Part shown: piece by piece, positions 1 to 14,730 of the stretch | Layout of the letters: each line of letters begins with the position of its first letter | How positions within the stretch are numbered: position 1 is the first letter of the stretch | NCBI GenBank assembly: GCA_002189035.1 | Contig: NEEC01000421.1 | Coordinates: forward strand, 1 to 27,390 | Reading direction: 5' to 3' | Length of the DNA stretch: 27,390 nucleotides | Origin: Utricularia gibba | Lineage: Eukaryota; Plantae; Magnoliophyta | Position numbers and translations under genes: made by a program | The notes under the pieces: generated by a model | The model's input: only the letters and a program-made list of their open reading frames with translations | What the model was told of the DNA's origin: nothing | Databases searched by the model: none

Positions 1-3000
1 CTCGGACGAAACAAGTTCTCAACACGAAAGAAGACCGGCTCGGAACGAGCTTCGAAACGGTATGCTATGTGCAACATGACTCATCACCGTTTGCAAGATA
101 TCCACTCGATACCGAAGAGTGCACGAGGCCACCATGAGGTTGTGGCTAGGGACACACCATGGCATCTTAAATGATCATCTCGAAATCCGAAATTTCACAT
201 CGTCCATGAAATACATATGTTGCATGTCAAAAATCACATTCGCATCGAGTCAGGTGTCCCGAGTCACATTTCGCGAACGTGGTGGCCACTTCGTTGCACA
301 TCTGAAGGCTAATATAAGGCAATCTTTCGAGCATTTGTGCCCCTCGGACGAACAAGTTCTCAACACGAAAGAAGACCGGCTCGGAACGAGCTTCGAAACG
401 GTATGATATGTGCAACATGACTCATCACCGTTCGCAAGATATCCACTCGATACCGAAGAGTGCACGAGGCCACCATGAGGTTGTGGCTAGGACACACCCA
501 TGGCATCTTAAATGATCATCTCGAAATCAAATTTCACATCGTCCCATGAAATACATACGTCTTGCATGTCAAAAATCACATTCGCATCGAGTCGGGTCCC
601 GAGTCACATTTCGCGAACGTGGTGGCCACTTCGTTGCACATCTGAAGGCTAATATAAGGCAATCTTTCGAGCATTTGTGCCTCTCGGACGAACAAGTTCT
701 CAACACGAAAGAAGACCGGCTCGGAACGAGCTTCGAAACGGGTATGCTATGTGCAACATGACTCATCACCATTTGCAAGATATCCACTCGATACCGAAGA
801 GTGCACGAGGCCACCATGAGGTTGTGGCTAGGGACACACATGGCATCTTAAATGATCATCTCGAAATCCAAATTTCACATCGTCCATGAAATACATATGT
901 CTTGCATGTCAAAAATCACATTCGCATCGAGTCAGGTGTCCGAGTCACATTTTCGAACGTGGTGGCCACTTCGTTGCACATCTGAAGGCTAATATAAGGC
1001 AATCTTTCGAGCATTTGTGCTCCTCGGACGAACAAGTTCTCAACACGAAAGAAGACGGCTCGGAACGAGCTTCGAAACGGTATGATATGTGCAACATGAC
1101 TCATCACCGTTGCAAGATATCCACTCGATACCGAAGAGTGCACGGCCACCATGAGGTGTGGCTAGGGACACACCCTTAAATGATCATCTCGAAATCAAAT
1201 TTCACATCGTCCCATGAAATACATACTCTTGCATGTCAAAAATCACATTCGCATCGAGTCAGGTGTCCCGAGTCACATTTTCGCGAATGTGGTGGCCACT
1301 TCGTTGCACATCTGAAGGCTAATATAAGGCAATCTTTCGAGCATTTGTGCAGCCTCGGACGAACAAGTTCTCAACACGAAAGAAGACCGGCTCGGAACGA
1401 GCTTCGAAACGGTATGATATGTGCAACATGACTCATCACCGTTGCAAGATATCCACTCGATACCGAAGAGTGCACGAGGCCACCATGAGGTGTGGCTAGG
1501 GACACACCCTTAAATGATCATCTCGAAATCCAAATTTCACATCGTCCCATGAAATACATACGTCTTGCATGTCAAAAATCACATTCGCATCGAGTCAGGT
1601 GTCCGAGTCACATTTCGCGAACGTGGTGGCCACTTCGTTGCACATCTGAAGGCTAATATAAGGCAATCTTTCGAGCATTTGTGCCTCCTCGGACGAACAA
1701 GTTCTCAACACGAAAGAAGACCGGCTCGGAACGAGCTTCGAAACGGTATGATATGTGCAACATGACTCATCACCGTTCGCAAGATATCCACTCGATACCG
1801 AAGAGTGCACGAGGCCACCATGAGGTTGTGGCTAGGGACACACCATGGCATCTTAAATGATCATCTCGAAATCCAAATTTCACATCGTCCCATGAAATAC
1901 ATATGTCTTGCATGCAAAAATCACATTCGCATCGAGTCAGGTGTCCCGAGTCACATTTCGCGACGTGGTGGCCACTTCGTTGCACATCTGAAGGCTAATA
2001 TAAGGCAATCTTTCGAGCATTTGTGCAGCCTCGGACGAACAAGTTCTCAACACGAAAGAAGACCGGCTCGGAACGAGCTTCGAAACGGTATGATATGTGC
2101 AACATGACTCATCACCGTTGCAAGATATCCACTCGATACCGAAGAGTGCACGAGGCCACCATGAGGTTGTGGCTAGGGACACACCCTTAAATGATCATCT
2201 CGAAATCCAAAATTTCACATCGTCCCATGAAATACATACGTCTTGCATGTCAAAAATCACATTCGCATCGAGTCAGGTGTCCCGAGTCACATTTTCGCGA
2301 ACGTGGTGGCCACTTCGTTGCACATCTGAAGGCTAATATAAGGCAATCTTTCGAGCATTTGTGCCTCCTCGGACGAACAAGTTCTCAACACGAAAGAAGA
2401 CCGGCTCGGAACGAGCTTCGAAACGGTATGATATGTGCAACATGACTCATCACCGTTCGCAAGATATCCACTCGATACCGAAGAGTGCACGAGGCCACCA
2501 TGGTTGTGGCTAGGGACACACCCATGGCATCTTAAATGATCATCTCGAAATCCAAAATTTCACATCGTCCCATGAAATACATACGTCTTGCATGTCAAAA
2601 ATCACATTCGCATCGAGTCGGTGTCCCGAGTCACATTTCGCGAACGTGGTGGCCACTTCGTTGCACATCTGAAGGCTAATATAAGGCAATCTTTCGAGCA
2701 TTTGTGCCTCCTCGGACGAACAAGTTCTCAACACGAAAGAAGACCGGCTCGGAACGAGCGAAACGGTATGCTATGTGCAACATGACTCATCACCGTTTGC
2801 AAGATATCCACTCGATACCGAAGAGTGCACGAGGCCACCATGAGGTGTGGCTAACACACCCATGGCATCTTAAATGATCATCTCGAAATCCAAATTTCAC
2901 ATCGTCCATGAAATACATATGTCTTGCATGTCAAAAATCACATTCGCATCGAGTCAGGTGTCCCGAGTCACATTTTCGCGAACGTGGTGGCCACTTCGTT

Positions 3001-6000
3001 GCACATCTGAAGGCTAATATAAGGCAATCTTTCGAGCATTTGTGCAGCCTCGGACGAACAAGTTCTCAACACGAAAGAAGACCGGCTCGGAACGAGCTTC
3101 GAAACGGTATGATATGTGCAACATGACTCATCACCGTTGCAAGATATCCACTCGATACCGAAGAGTGCACGAGGCCACCATGAGGTGTGGCTAGGGACAC
3201 ACCCTTAAATGATCATCTCGAAATCCAAATTTCACATCGTCCCATGAAATACATATGTCTTGCATGTCAAAAATCACATTCGCATCGAGTCAGGTGTCCC
3301 GAGTCACATTTTCGCGAATGTGGTGGCCACTTCGTTGCACATCTGAAGGCTAATATAAGGCAATCTTTCGAGCATTTGTGCTCCTCGGACGAACAAGTTC
3401 TCAACACGAAAGAAGACCGGCTCGGAACGAGCTTCGAAACGGTATGATATGTGCAACATGACTCATCACCGTTCGCAAGATATCCACTCGATACCGAAGA
3501 GTGCACGAGGCCACCATGAGGTTGTGGCTAGGGACACTTAAATGATCATCTCGAAATCCAAAATTTCACATCGTCCCATGAAATACATACGTCTTGCATG
3601 TCAAAAATCACATTCGCATCGAGTCAGGTGTCCCGAGTCACATTTTCGAACGTGGTGGCCACTTCGTTGCACATCTGAAGGCTAATATAAGGCAATCTTT
3701 CGAGCATTTGTGCCTCGGACGAACAAGTTCTCAACACGAAAGAAGACCGGCTCGGAACGAGCTTCGAAACGGGTATGATATGTGCAACATGACTCATCAC
3801 CGTTCGCAAGATATCCACTCGATACCGAAGAGTGCACGAGGCCACCATGAGGTTGTGGCTAGGGACACACCCATGGCATCTTAAATGATCATCTCGAAAT
3901 CCAAAATTTCACATCGTCCCATGAAATACATACGTCTTGCATGTCAAAAATCACATTCGCATCGAGTCAGGTGTCCCGAGTCACATTTTCGCGAATGTGG
4001 TGGCCACTTCGTTGCACATCTGAAGGCTAATATAAGGCAATCTTTCGAGCATTTGTGCAGTCGGACGAACAAGTTCTCAACACGAAAGAAGACCGGCTCG
4101 GAACGAGCTTCGAAACGGTATGATATGTGCAACATGACTCATCACCGTTGCAAGATATCCACTCGATACCGAAGAGTGCACGAGGCCACCATGAGGTTGT
4201 GGCTAGGGACACACCCATGGCATCTTAAATGATCATCTCGAAATCCAAATTTCACATCGTCCCATGAAATACATATGTCTTGCATGTCAAAAATCACATT
4301 CGCATCGAGTCAGGTGTCCCGAGTCACATTTTCGCGAACGTGGTGGCCACTTCGTTGCACATCTGAAGGCTAATATAAGGCAATCTTTCGAGCATTTGTG
4401 CCTCGGACGAACAAGTTCTCAACACGAAAGAAGACCGGCTCGGAACGAGCTTCGAAACGGTATGATATGTGCAACATGACTCATCACCGTTCGCAAGATA
4501 TCCACTCGATACCGAAGAGTGCACGAGGCCACCATGAGGTGTGGCTAGGACACACCCATGGCATCTTAAATGATCATCTCGAAATCCAAATTTCACATCG
4601 TCCCATGAAATACATATGTCTTGCATGTCAAAAATCACATTCGCATCGAGTCAGGTGTCCCGAGTCACATTTTCGCGAACGTGGTGGCCACTTCGTTGCA
4701 CATCTGAAGGCTAATATAAGGCAATCTTTCGAGCATTTGTGCCTCCTCGGACGAACAAGTTCTCAACACGAAAGAAGACCGGCTCGGAACGAGCTTCGAA
4801 ACGGTATGATATGTGCAACATGACTCATCACCGTTTGCAAGATATCCACTCGATACCGAAGAGTGCACGAGGCCACCATGAGGTTGTGGCTAGGGACACA
4901 ATGGCATCTTAAATGATCATCTCGAAATCCAAATTTCACATCGTCCATGAAATACATATGTCTTGCATGTCAAAAATCACATTCGCATCGAGTCAGGTGT
5001 CCCGAGTCACATTTCGCGAACGTGGTGGCCACTTCGTTGCACATCTGAAGGCTAATATAAGGCAATCTTTCGAGCATTTGTGCAGCCTCGGACGAACAAG
5101 TTCTCAACACGAAAGAAGAGGCTCGGAACGAGCTTCGAAACGGTATGATATGTGCAACATGACTCATCACCGTTCGCAAGATATCCACTCGATACCGAAG
5201 AGTGCACGAGGCCACCATGAGGTTGTGGCTAGGGACACACCATGGCATCTTAAATGATCATCTCGAAATCCAAAATTTCACATCGTCCCATGAAATACAT
5301 ACGTCTTGCATGTCAAAAATCACATTCGCATCGAGTCGGTGTCCCGAGTCACATTTTCGCGAATGTGGTGGCCACTTCGTTGCACATCTGAAGGCTAATA
5401 TAAGGCAATCTTTCGAGCATTTGTGCCTCCTCGGACGAACAAGTTCTCAACACGAAAGAAGACCGGCTCGGAACGAGCTTCGAAACGGTATGATATGTGC
5501 AACATGACTCATCACCATTTGCAAGATATCCACTCGATACCGAAGAGTGCACGAGGCCACCATGAGGTTGTGGCTAGACACACCATGGCATCTTAAATGA
5601 TCATCTCGAAATCCAAAATTTCACATCGTCCATGAAATACATATGTCTTGCATGTCAAAAATCACATTCGCATCGAGTCAGGTGTCCCGAGTCACATTTT
5701 CGCGAACGTGGTGGCCACTTCGTTGCACATCTGAAGGCTAATATAAGGCAATCTTTCGAGCATTTGTGCAGCCTCGGACGAACAAGTTCTCAACACGAAA
5801 GAAGACGGCTCGGAACGAGCTTCGAAACGGTATGATATGTGCAACATGACTCATCACCGTTGCAAGATATCCACTCGATACCGAAGAGTGCACGAGGCCA
5901 CCATGAGGTTGTGGCTAGGGACACACCATCTTAAATGATCATCTCGAAATCCAAAATTTCACATCGTCCCATGAAATACATATGTCTTGCATGTCAAAAA

Positions 6001-9000
6001 TCACATTCGCATCGAGTCAGGTGTCCCGAGTCACATTTTCGCGAACGTGGTGGCCACTTCGTTGCACATCTGAAGGCTAATATAAGGCAATCTTTCGAGC
6101 ATTTGTGCAGCCTCGGACGAACAAGTTCTCAACACGAAAGAAGACCGGCTCGGAACGAGCTTCGAAACGGTATGATATGTGCAACATGACTCATCACCGT
6201 TCGCAAGATATCCACTCGATACCGAAGAGTGCACGAGCCACCATGAGGTTGGCTAGGGACACATCTTAAATGATCATCTCGAAATCCAAATTTCACATCG
6301 TCCCATGAAATACATACGTCTTGCATGTCAAAAATCACATTCGCATCGAGTCAGGTGTCCGAGTCACATTTCGCGAACGTGGTGGCCACTTCGTTGCACA
6401 TCTGAAGGCTAATATAAGGCAATCTTTCGAGCATTTGTGCTCCTCGGACGAACAAGTTCTCAACACGAAAGAAGACCGGCTCGGAACGAGCTTCGAAACG
6501 GTATGATATGTGCAACATGACTCATCACCGTTCGCAAGATATCCACTCGATACCGAAGAGTGCACGAGGCCACCATGAGGTTGTGGCTAGGACACACCCA
6601 TGGCATCTTAAATGATCATCTCGAAATCCAAAATTTCACATCGTCCCATGAAATACATACGTCTTGCATGTCAAAAATCACATTCGCATCGAGTCAGGTG
6701 TCCCGAGTCACATTTTCGCGAATGTGGTGGCCACTTCGTTGCACATCTGAAGGCTAATATAAGGCAATCTTTCGAGCATTTGTGCAGCCTCGGACGAACA
6801 AGTTCTCAACACGAAAGAAGACCGGCTCGGAACGAGCTTCGAAACGGTATGATATGTGCAACATGACTCATCACCGTTTGCAAGATATCCACTCGATACC
6901 GAAGAGTGCACGAGGCCACCATGAGGTTGTGGCTAGGGACACACATCTTAAATGATCATCTCGAAATCCAAAATTTCACATCGTCCCATGAAATACATAC
7001 GTCTTGCATGTCAAAAATCACATTCGCATCGAGTCAGGTGTCCCGAGTCACATTTTCGCGAACGTGTGGCCACTTCGTTGCACATCTGAAGGCTAATATA
7101 AGGCAATCTTTCGAGCATTTGTGCCTCCTCGGACGAACAAGTTCTCAACACGAAAGAAGACCGGCTCGGAACGAGCTTCGAAACGGTATGATATGTGCAA
7201 CATGACTCATCACCGTTGCAAGATATCCACTCGATACCGAAGAGTGCACGAGGCCACCATGGTTGTGGCTAGGACACACATGGCATCTTAAATGATCATC
7301 TCGAAATCCAAAATTTCACATCGTCCCATGAAATACATATGTCTTGCATGTCAAAAATCACATTCGCATCGAGTCAGGTGTCCCGAGTCACATTTTCGCG
7401 AACGTGGTGGCCACTTCGTTGCACATCTGAAGGCTAATATAAGGCAATCTTTCGAGCATTTGTGCCTCCTCGGACGAACAAGTTCTCAACACGAAAGAAG
7501 ACCGGCTCGGAACGAGCTTCGAAACGGTATGATATGTGCAACATGACTCATCACCGTTTGCAAGATATCCACTCGATACCGAAGAGTGCACGAGGCCACC
7601 ATGAGGTTGTGGCTAGGGACACACCATGGCATCTTAAATGATCATCTCGAAATCCGAAATTTCACATCGTCCCATGAAATACATATGTCTTGCATGTCAA
7701 AAATCACATTCGCATCGAGTCAGGTGTCCCGAGTCACATTTCGCGAACGTGGTGGCCACTTCGTTGCACATCTGAAGGCTAATATAAGGCAATCTTTCGA
7801 GCATTTGTGCCTCGGACGAACAAGTTCTCAACACGAAAGAAGACGGCTCGGAACGAGCTTCGAAACGGTATGATATGTGCAACATGACTCATCACCGTTG
7901 CAAGATATCCACTCGATACCGAAGAGTGCACGAGGCCACCATGAGGTGTGGCTAGGGACACACCCTTAAATGATCATCTCGAAATCCAAATTTCACATCG
8001 TCCCATGAAATACATACGTCTTGCATGCAAAAATCACATTCGCATCGAGTCAGTGTCCCGAGTCACATTTTCGCGAATGTGGTGGCCACTTCGTTGCACA
8101 TCTGAAGGCTAATATAAGGCAATCTTTCGAGCATTTGTGCAGCCTCGGACGAACAAGTTCTCAACACGAAAGAAGACCGGCTCGGAACGAGCTTCGAAAC
8201 GGTATGATATGTGCAACATGACTCATCACCGTTCGCAAGATATCCACTCGATACCGAAGAGTGCACGAGGCCACCATGAGGTGTGGCTAGGACACACCCT
8301 TAAATGATCATCTCGAAATCCAAAATTTCACATCGTCCCATGAAATACATACGTCTTGCATGAAAATCACATTCGCATCGAGTCAGGTGTCCCGAGTCAC
8401 ATTTTCGCGAACGTGGTGGCCACTTCGTTGCACATCTGAAGGCTAATATAAGGCAATCTTTCGAGCATTTGTGCAGCCTCGGACGAACAAGTTCTCAACA
8501 CGAAAGAAGACCGGCTCGGAACGAGCTTCGAAACGGTATGATATGTGCAACATGACTCATCACCGTTGCAAGATATCCACTCGATACCGAAGAGTGCACG
8601 AGGCCACCATGAGGTTGTGGCTAGGACACACCCATGGCATCTTAAATGATCATCTCGAAATCAAAATTTCACATCGTCCCATGAAATACATACGTCTTGC
8701 ATGTCAAAAATCACATTCGCATCGAGTCAGGTGTCCCGAGTCACATTTTCGCGAATGTGGTGGCCACTTCGTTGCACATCTGAAGGCTAATATAAGGCAA
8801 TCTTTCGAGCATTTGTGCTCCTCGGACGAACAAGTTCTCAACACGAAAGAAGACCGGCTCGGAACGAGCTTCGAAACGGTATGATATGTGCAACATGACT
8901 CATCACCGTTGCAAGATATCCACTCGATACCGAAGAGTGCACGAGGCCACCATGAGGTTGTGGCTAGGGACACACCCCTTAAATGATCATCTCGAAATCC

Positions 9001-12000
9001 AAAATTTCACATCGTCCCATGAAATACATACGTCTTGCATGTCAAAAATCACATTCGCATCGAGTCAGGTGTCCCGAGTCACATTTTCGCGAACGTGGTG
9101 GCCACTTCGTTGCACATCTGAAGGCTAATATAAGGCAATCTTTCGAGCATTTTGCTCCTCGGACGAACAAGTTCTCAACACGAAAGAAGACCGGCTCGGA
9201 ACGAGCTTCGAAACGGTATGATATGTGCAACATGACTCATCACCGTTGCAAGATATCCACTCGATACCGAAGAGTGCACGAGGCCACCATGAGGTGTGGC
9301 TAGGGACACACCCTTAAATGATCATCTCGAAATCCAAAATTTCACATCGTCCCATGAAATACATATGTCTTGCATGTCAAAAATCACATTCGCATCGAGT
9401 CAGGTGTCCCGAGTCACATTTTCGCGAACGTGGTGGCACTTCGTTGCACATCTGAAGGCTAATATAAGGCAATCTTTCGAGCATTTGTGCAGCCTCGGAC
9501 GAACAAGTTCTCAACACGAAAGAAGACGGCTCGGAACGAGCTTCGAAACGGTATGATATGTGCAACATGACTCATCACCGTTGCAAGATATCCACTCGAT
9601 ACCGAAGAGTGCACGAGGCCACCATGAGGTGTGGCTAGGGACACACCCTTAAATGATCATCTCGAAATCCAAAATTTCACATCGTCCCATGAAATACATA
9701 CGTCTTGCATGTCAAAAATCACATTCGCATCGAGTCAGGTGTCCCGAGTCACATTTTCGCGAACGTGGTGGCCACTTCGTTGCACATCTGAAGGCTAATA
9801 TAAGGCAATCTTTCGAGCATTTGTGCAGCCTCGGACGAACAAGTTCTCAACACGAAAGAAGACCGGCTCGGAACGAGCTTCGAAACGGTATGATATGTGC
9901 AACATGACTCATCACCGTTTGCAAGATATCCACTCGATACCGAAGAGTGCACGAGGCCACCATGAGGTTGTGGCTAGGACACACCCATGGCATCTTAAAT
10001 GATCATCTCGAAATCCAAATTTCACATCGTCCCATGAAATACATACGTCTTGCATGTCAAAAATCACATTCGCATCGAGTCAGGTGTCCCGAGTCACATT
10101 TTCGCGAACGTGGTGGCCACTTCGTTGCACATCTGAAGGCTAATATAAGGCAATCTTTCGAGCATTTGTGCCTCCTCGGACGAACAAGTTCTCAACACGA
10201 AAGAAGACCGGCTCGGAACGAGCTTCGAAACGGTATGATATGTGCAACATGACTCATCACCGTTGCAAGATATCCACTCGATACCGAAGAGTGCACGAGG
10301 CCACCATGAGGTTGTGGCTAGGGACACACCATGGCATCTTAAATGATCATCTCGAAATCCAAATTTCACATCGTCCATGAAATACATATGTCTTGCATGT
10401 CAAAAATCACATTCGCATCGAGTCAGGTGTCCCGCATTTCGCGAACGTGGTGGCCACTTCGTTGCACATCTGAAGGCTAATATAAGGCAATCTTTCGAGC
10501 ATTTGTGCAGCCTCGGACGAACAAGTTCTCAACACGAAAGAAGACCGGCTCGGAACGAGCTTCGAAACGGTATGATATGTGCAACATGACTCATCACCGT
10601 TCGCAAGATATCCACTCGATACCGAAGAGTGCACGAGGCCACCATGAGGTTGTGGCTAGGACACATCTTAAATGATCATCTCGAAATCCAAAATTTCACA
10701 TCGTCCCATGAAATACATACGTCTTGCATGTCAAAAATCACATTCGCATCGAGTCAGGTGTCCCGAGTCACATTTTCGCGAATGTGGTGGCCACTTCGTT
10801 GCACATCTGAAGGCTAATATAAGGCAATCTTTCGAGCATTTGTGCAGCCTCGGACGAACAAGTTCTCAACACGAAAGAAGACCGGCTCGGAACGAGCTTC
10901 GAAACGGTATGATATGTGCAACATGACTCATCACCGTTCGCAAGATATCCACTCGATACCGAAGAGTGCACGAGGCCACCATGAGGTTGTGGCTAGGGAC
11001 ACCCCTTAAATGATCATCTCGAAATCCAAAATTTCACATCGTCCCATGAAATACATACGTCTTGCATGTCAAAAATCACATTCGCATCGAGTCAGGTGTC
11101 CCGAGTCACATTTCGCGAAATGGTGGCCACTTCGTTGCACATCTGAAGGCTAATATAAGGCAATCTTTCGAGCATTTGTGCAGCCTCGGACGAACAAGTT
11201 CTCAACACGAAAGAAGACCGGCTCGGAACGAGCTTCGAAACGGTATGATATGTGCAACATGACTCATCACCGTTCGCAAGATATCCACTCGATACCGAAG
11301 AGTGCACGAGGCCACCATGAGGTTGTGGCTAGGGACACACCATGGCATCTTAAATGATCATCTCGAAATCAAAATTTCACATCGTCCCATGAAATACATA
11401 CGTCTTGCATGTCAAAAATCACATTCGCATCGAGTCAGGTGTCCCGAGTCACATTTTCGCGAATGTGGTGGCCACTTCGTTGCACATCTGAAGGCTAATA
11501 TAAGGCAATCTTTCGAGCATTTGTGCAGCCTCGGACGAACAAGTTCTCAACACGAAAGAAGACGGCTCGGAACGAGCTTCGAAACGGTATGATATGTGCA
11601 ACATGACTCATCACCGTTGCAAGATATCCACTCGATACCGAAGAGTGCACGAGGCCACCATGAGGTTGTGGCTAGGGACACACCCTTAAATGATCATCTC
11701 GAAATCCAAAATTTCACATCGTCCCATGAAATACATACGTCTTGCATGTCAAAAATCACATTCGCATCGAGTCAGGTGTCCCGAGTCACATTTTCGCGAA
11801 CGTGGTGGCCACTTCGTTGCACATCTGAAGGCTAATATAAGGCAATCTTTCGAGCATTTGTGCAGCCTCGGACGAACAAGTTCTCAACACGAAAGAAGAC
11901 CGGCTCGGAACGAGCTTCGAAACGGTATGATATGTGCAACATGACTCATCACCGTTGCAAGATATCCACTCGATACCGAAGAGTGCACGAGGCCACCATG

Positions 12001-14391
12001 AGGTTGTGGCTAGGACACACCCTTAAATGATCATCTCGAAATCCAAAATTTCACATCGTCCCATGAAATACATACGTCTTGCATGTCAAAAATCACATTC
12101 GCATCGAGTCAGGTGTCCCGAGTCACATTTTCGCGAACGTGGTGGCCACTTCGTTGCACATCTGAAGGCTAATATAAGGCAATCTTTCGAGCATTTGTGC
12201 TCCTCGGACGAACAAGTTCTCAACACGAAGAAGACCGGCTCGGAACGAGCTTCGAAACGGTATGATATGTGCAACATGACTCATCACCGTTGCAAGATAT
12301 CCACTCGATACCGAAGAGTGCACGAGGCCACCATGAGGTTGTGGCTAGGGACACACCCTTAAATGATCATCTCGAAATCCAAAATTTCACATCGTCCCAT
12401 GAAATACATACGTCTTGCATGTCAAAAATCACATTCGCATCGAGTCAGGTGTCCCGAGTCACATTTTCGCGAACGTGGTGGCCACTTCGTTGCACATCTG
12501 AAGGCTAATATAAGGCAATCTTTCGAGCATTTGTGCAGCCTCGGACGAACAAGTTCTCAACACGAAAGAAGACCGGCTCGGAACGAGCTTCGAAACGGTA
12601 TGATATGTGCAACATGACTCATCACCGTTCGCAAGATATCACCACGATACCGAAGAGTGCACGAGGCCACCATGAGGTTGTGGCTAGGGACACACCTTAA
12701 ATGATCATCTCGAAATCCAAAATTTCACATCGTCCCATGAAATACATACGTCTTGCATGTCAAAAATCACATTCGCATCGAGTCAGGTGTCCCGAGTCAC
12801 ATTTTCGCGAATGTGGTGGCCACTTCGTTGCACATCTGAAGGCTAATATAAGGCAATCTTTCGAGCATTTGTGCTCCTCGGACGAACAAGTTCTCAACAC
12901 GAAAGAAGACCGGCTCGGAACGAGCTTCGAAACGGTATGATATGTGCAACATGACTCATCACCGTTGCAAGATATCCACTCGATACCGAAGAGTGCACGA
13001 GGCCACCATGAGGTTGTGGCTAGGACACACCCATGGCATCTTAAATGATCATCTCGAAATCCAAAATTTCACATCGTCCATGAAATACATATGTCTTGCA
13101 TGTCAAAAATCACATTCATCGAGTCAGGTGTCCCGAGTCACATTTTCGCGAAGTGGTGGCCACTTCGTTGCACATCTGAAGGCTAATATAAGGCAATCTT
13201 TCGAGCATTTGTGCCTCCTCGGACGAACAAGTTCTCAACACGAAAGAAGACCGGCTCGGAACGAGCTTCGAAACGGTATGATATGTGCAACATGACTCAT
13301 CACCGTTGCAAGATATCCACTCGATACCGAAGAGTGCACGAGGCCACCATGAGGTTGTGGCTAGGGACACACCCATGGCATCTTAAATGATCATCTCGAA
13401 ATCCAAAATTTCACATCGTCCCATGAAATACATACGTCTTGCATGTCAAAAATCACATTCGCATCGAGTCAGGTGTCCCGAGTCACATTTCGCGAATGTG
13501 GCCACTTCGTTGCACATCTGAAGGCTAATATAAGGCAATCTTTCGAGCATTTGTGCCTCCTCGGACGAACAAGTTCTCAACACGAAAGAAGACCGGCTCG
13601 GAACGAGCTTCGAAACGGTATGATATGTGCAACATGACTCATCACCGTTGCAAGATATCCACTCGATACCGAAGTGCACGAGCCCATGGTTGTGGCTAGG
13701 GACACACCCATGGCATCTTAAATGATCATCTCGAAATCCAAAATTTCACATCGTCCCATGAAATACATATGTCTTGCATGTCAAAAATCACATTCGCATC
13801 GAGTCAGGTGTCCCGAGTCACATTTTCGCGACGTGGTGGCCACTTCGTTGCACATCTGAAGGCTAATATAAGGCAATCTTTCGAGCATTTGTGCCCTCGG
13901 ACGAACAAGTTCTCAACACGAAAGAAGACCGGCTCGGAACGAGCTTCGAAACGGTATGATATGTGCAACATGACTCATCACCGTTGCAAGATATCCACTC
14001 GATACCGAAGAGTGCACGAGGCCACCATGAGGTGGTGGCTAGGGACACCCACCCTTAAATGATCATCTCGAAATCCAAAATTTCACATCGTCCCATGAAA
14101 TACATACGTCTTGCATGTCAAAAATCACATTCGCATCGAGTCAGGTGTCCCGAGTCACATTTTCGCGAATGTGGTGGCCACTTCGTTGCACATCTGAAGG
14201 CTAATATAAGGCAATCTTTCGAGCATTTGTGCAGCCTCGGACGAACAAGTTCTCAACACGAAAGAAGACCGGCTCGGAACGAGCTTCGAAACGGTATGAT
14301 ATGTGCAACATGACTCATCACCGTTCGCAAGATATCCACTCGATACCGAAGAGTGCACGAGGCCACCATGAGGTGTGGCTAGGGACACCCC

Positions 14392-14730
14392 TTAAATGAT
14401 CATCTCGAAATCCAAAATTTCACATCGTCCCATGAAATACATACGTCTTGCATGTCAAAAATCACATTCGCATCGAGTCAGGTGTCCCGAGTCACATTTT
14501 CGCGAATGTGGTGGCCACTTCGTTGCACATCTGAAGGCTAATATAAGGCAATCTTTCGAGCATTTGTGCAGCCTCGGACGAACAAGTTCTCAACACGAAA
14601 GAAGACCGGCTCGGAACGAGCTTCGAAACGGTATGATATGTGCAACATGACTCATCACCGTTCGCAAGATATCCACTCGATACCGAAGAGTGCACGAGGC
14701 CACCATGAGGTTGTGGCTAGGGACACACCC
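14392..14730 (+). repeat. Representative short-form monomer (339 bp, ends ...GACACACCC, lacking ATGGCATC)
   Basis: Anchor-to-anchor distance is 14735-14396 = 339. The junction reads GGGACACACCC|TTAAATG. Confidence 0.93.
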
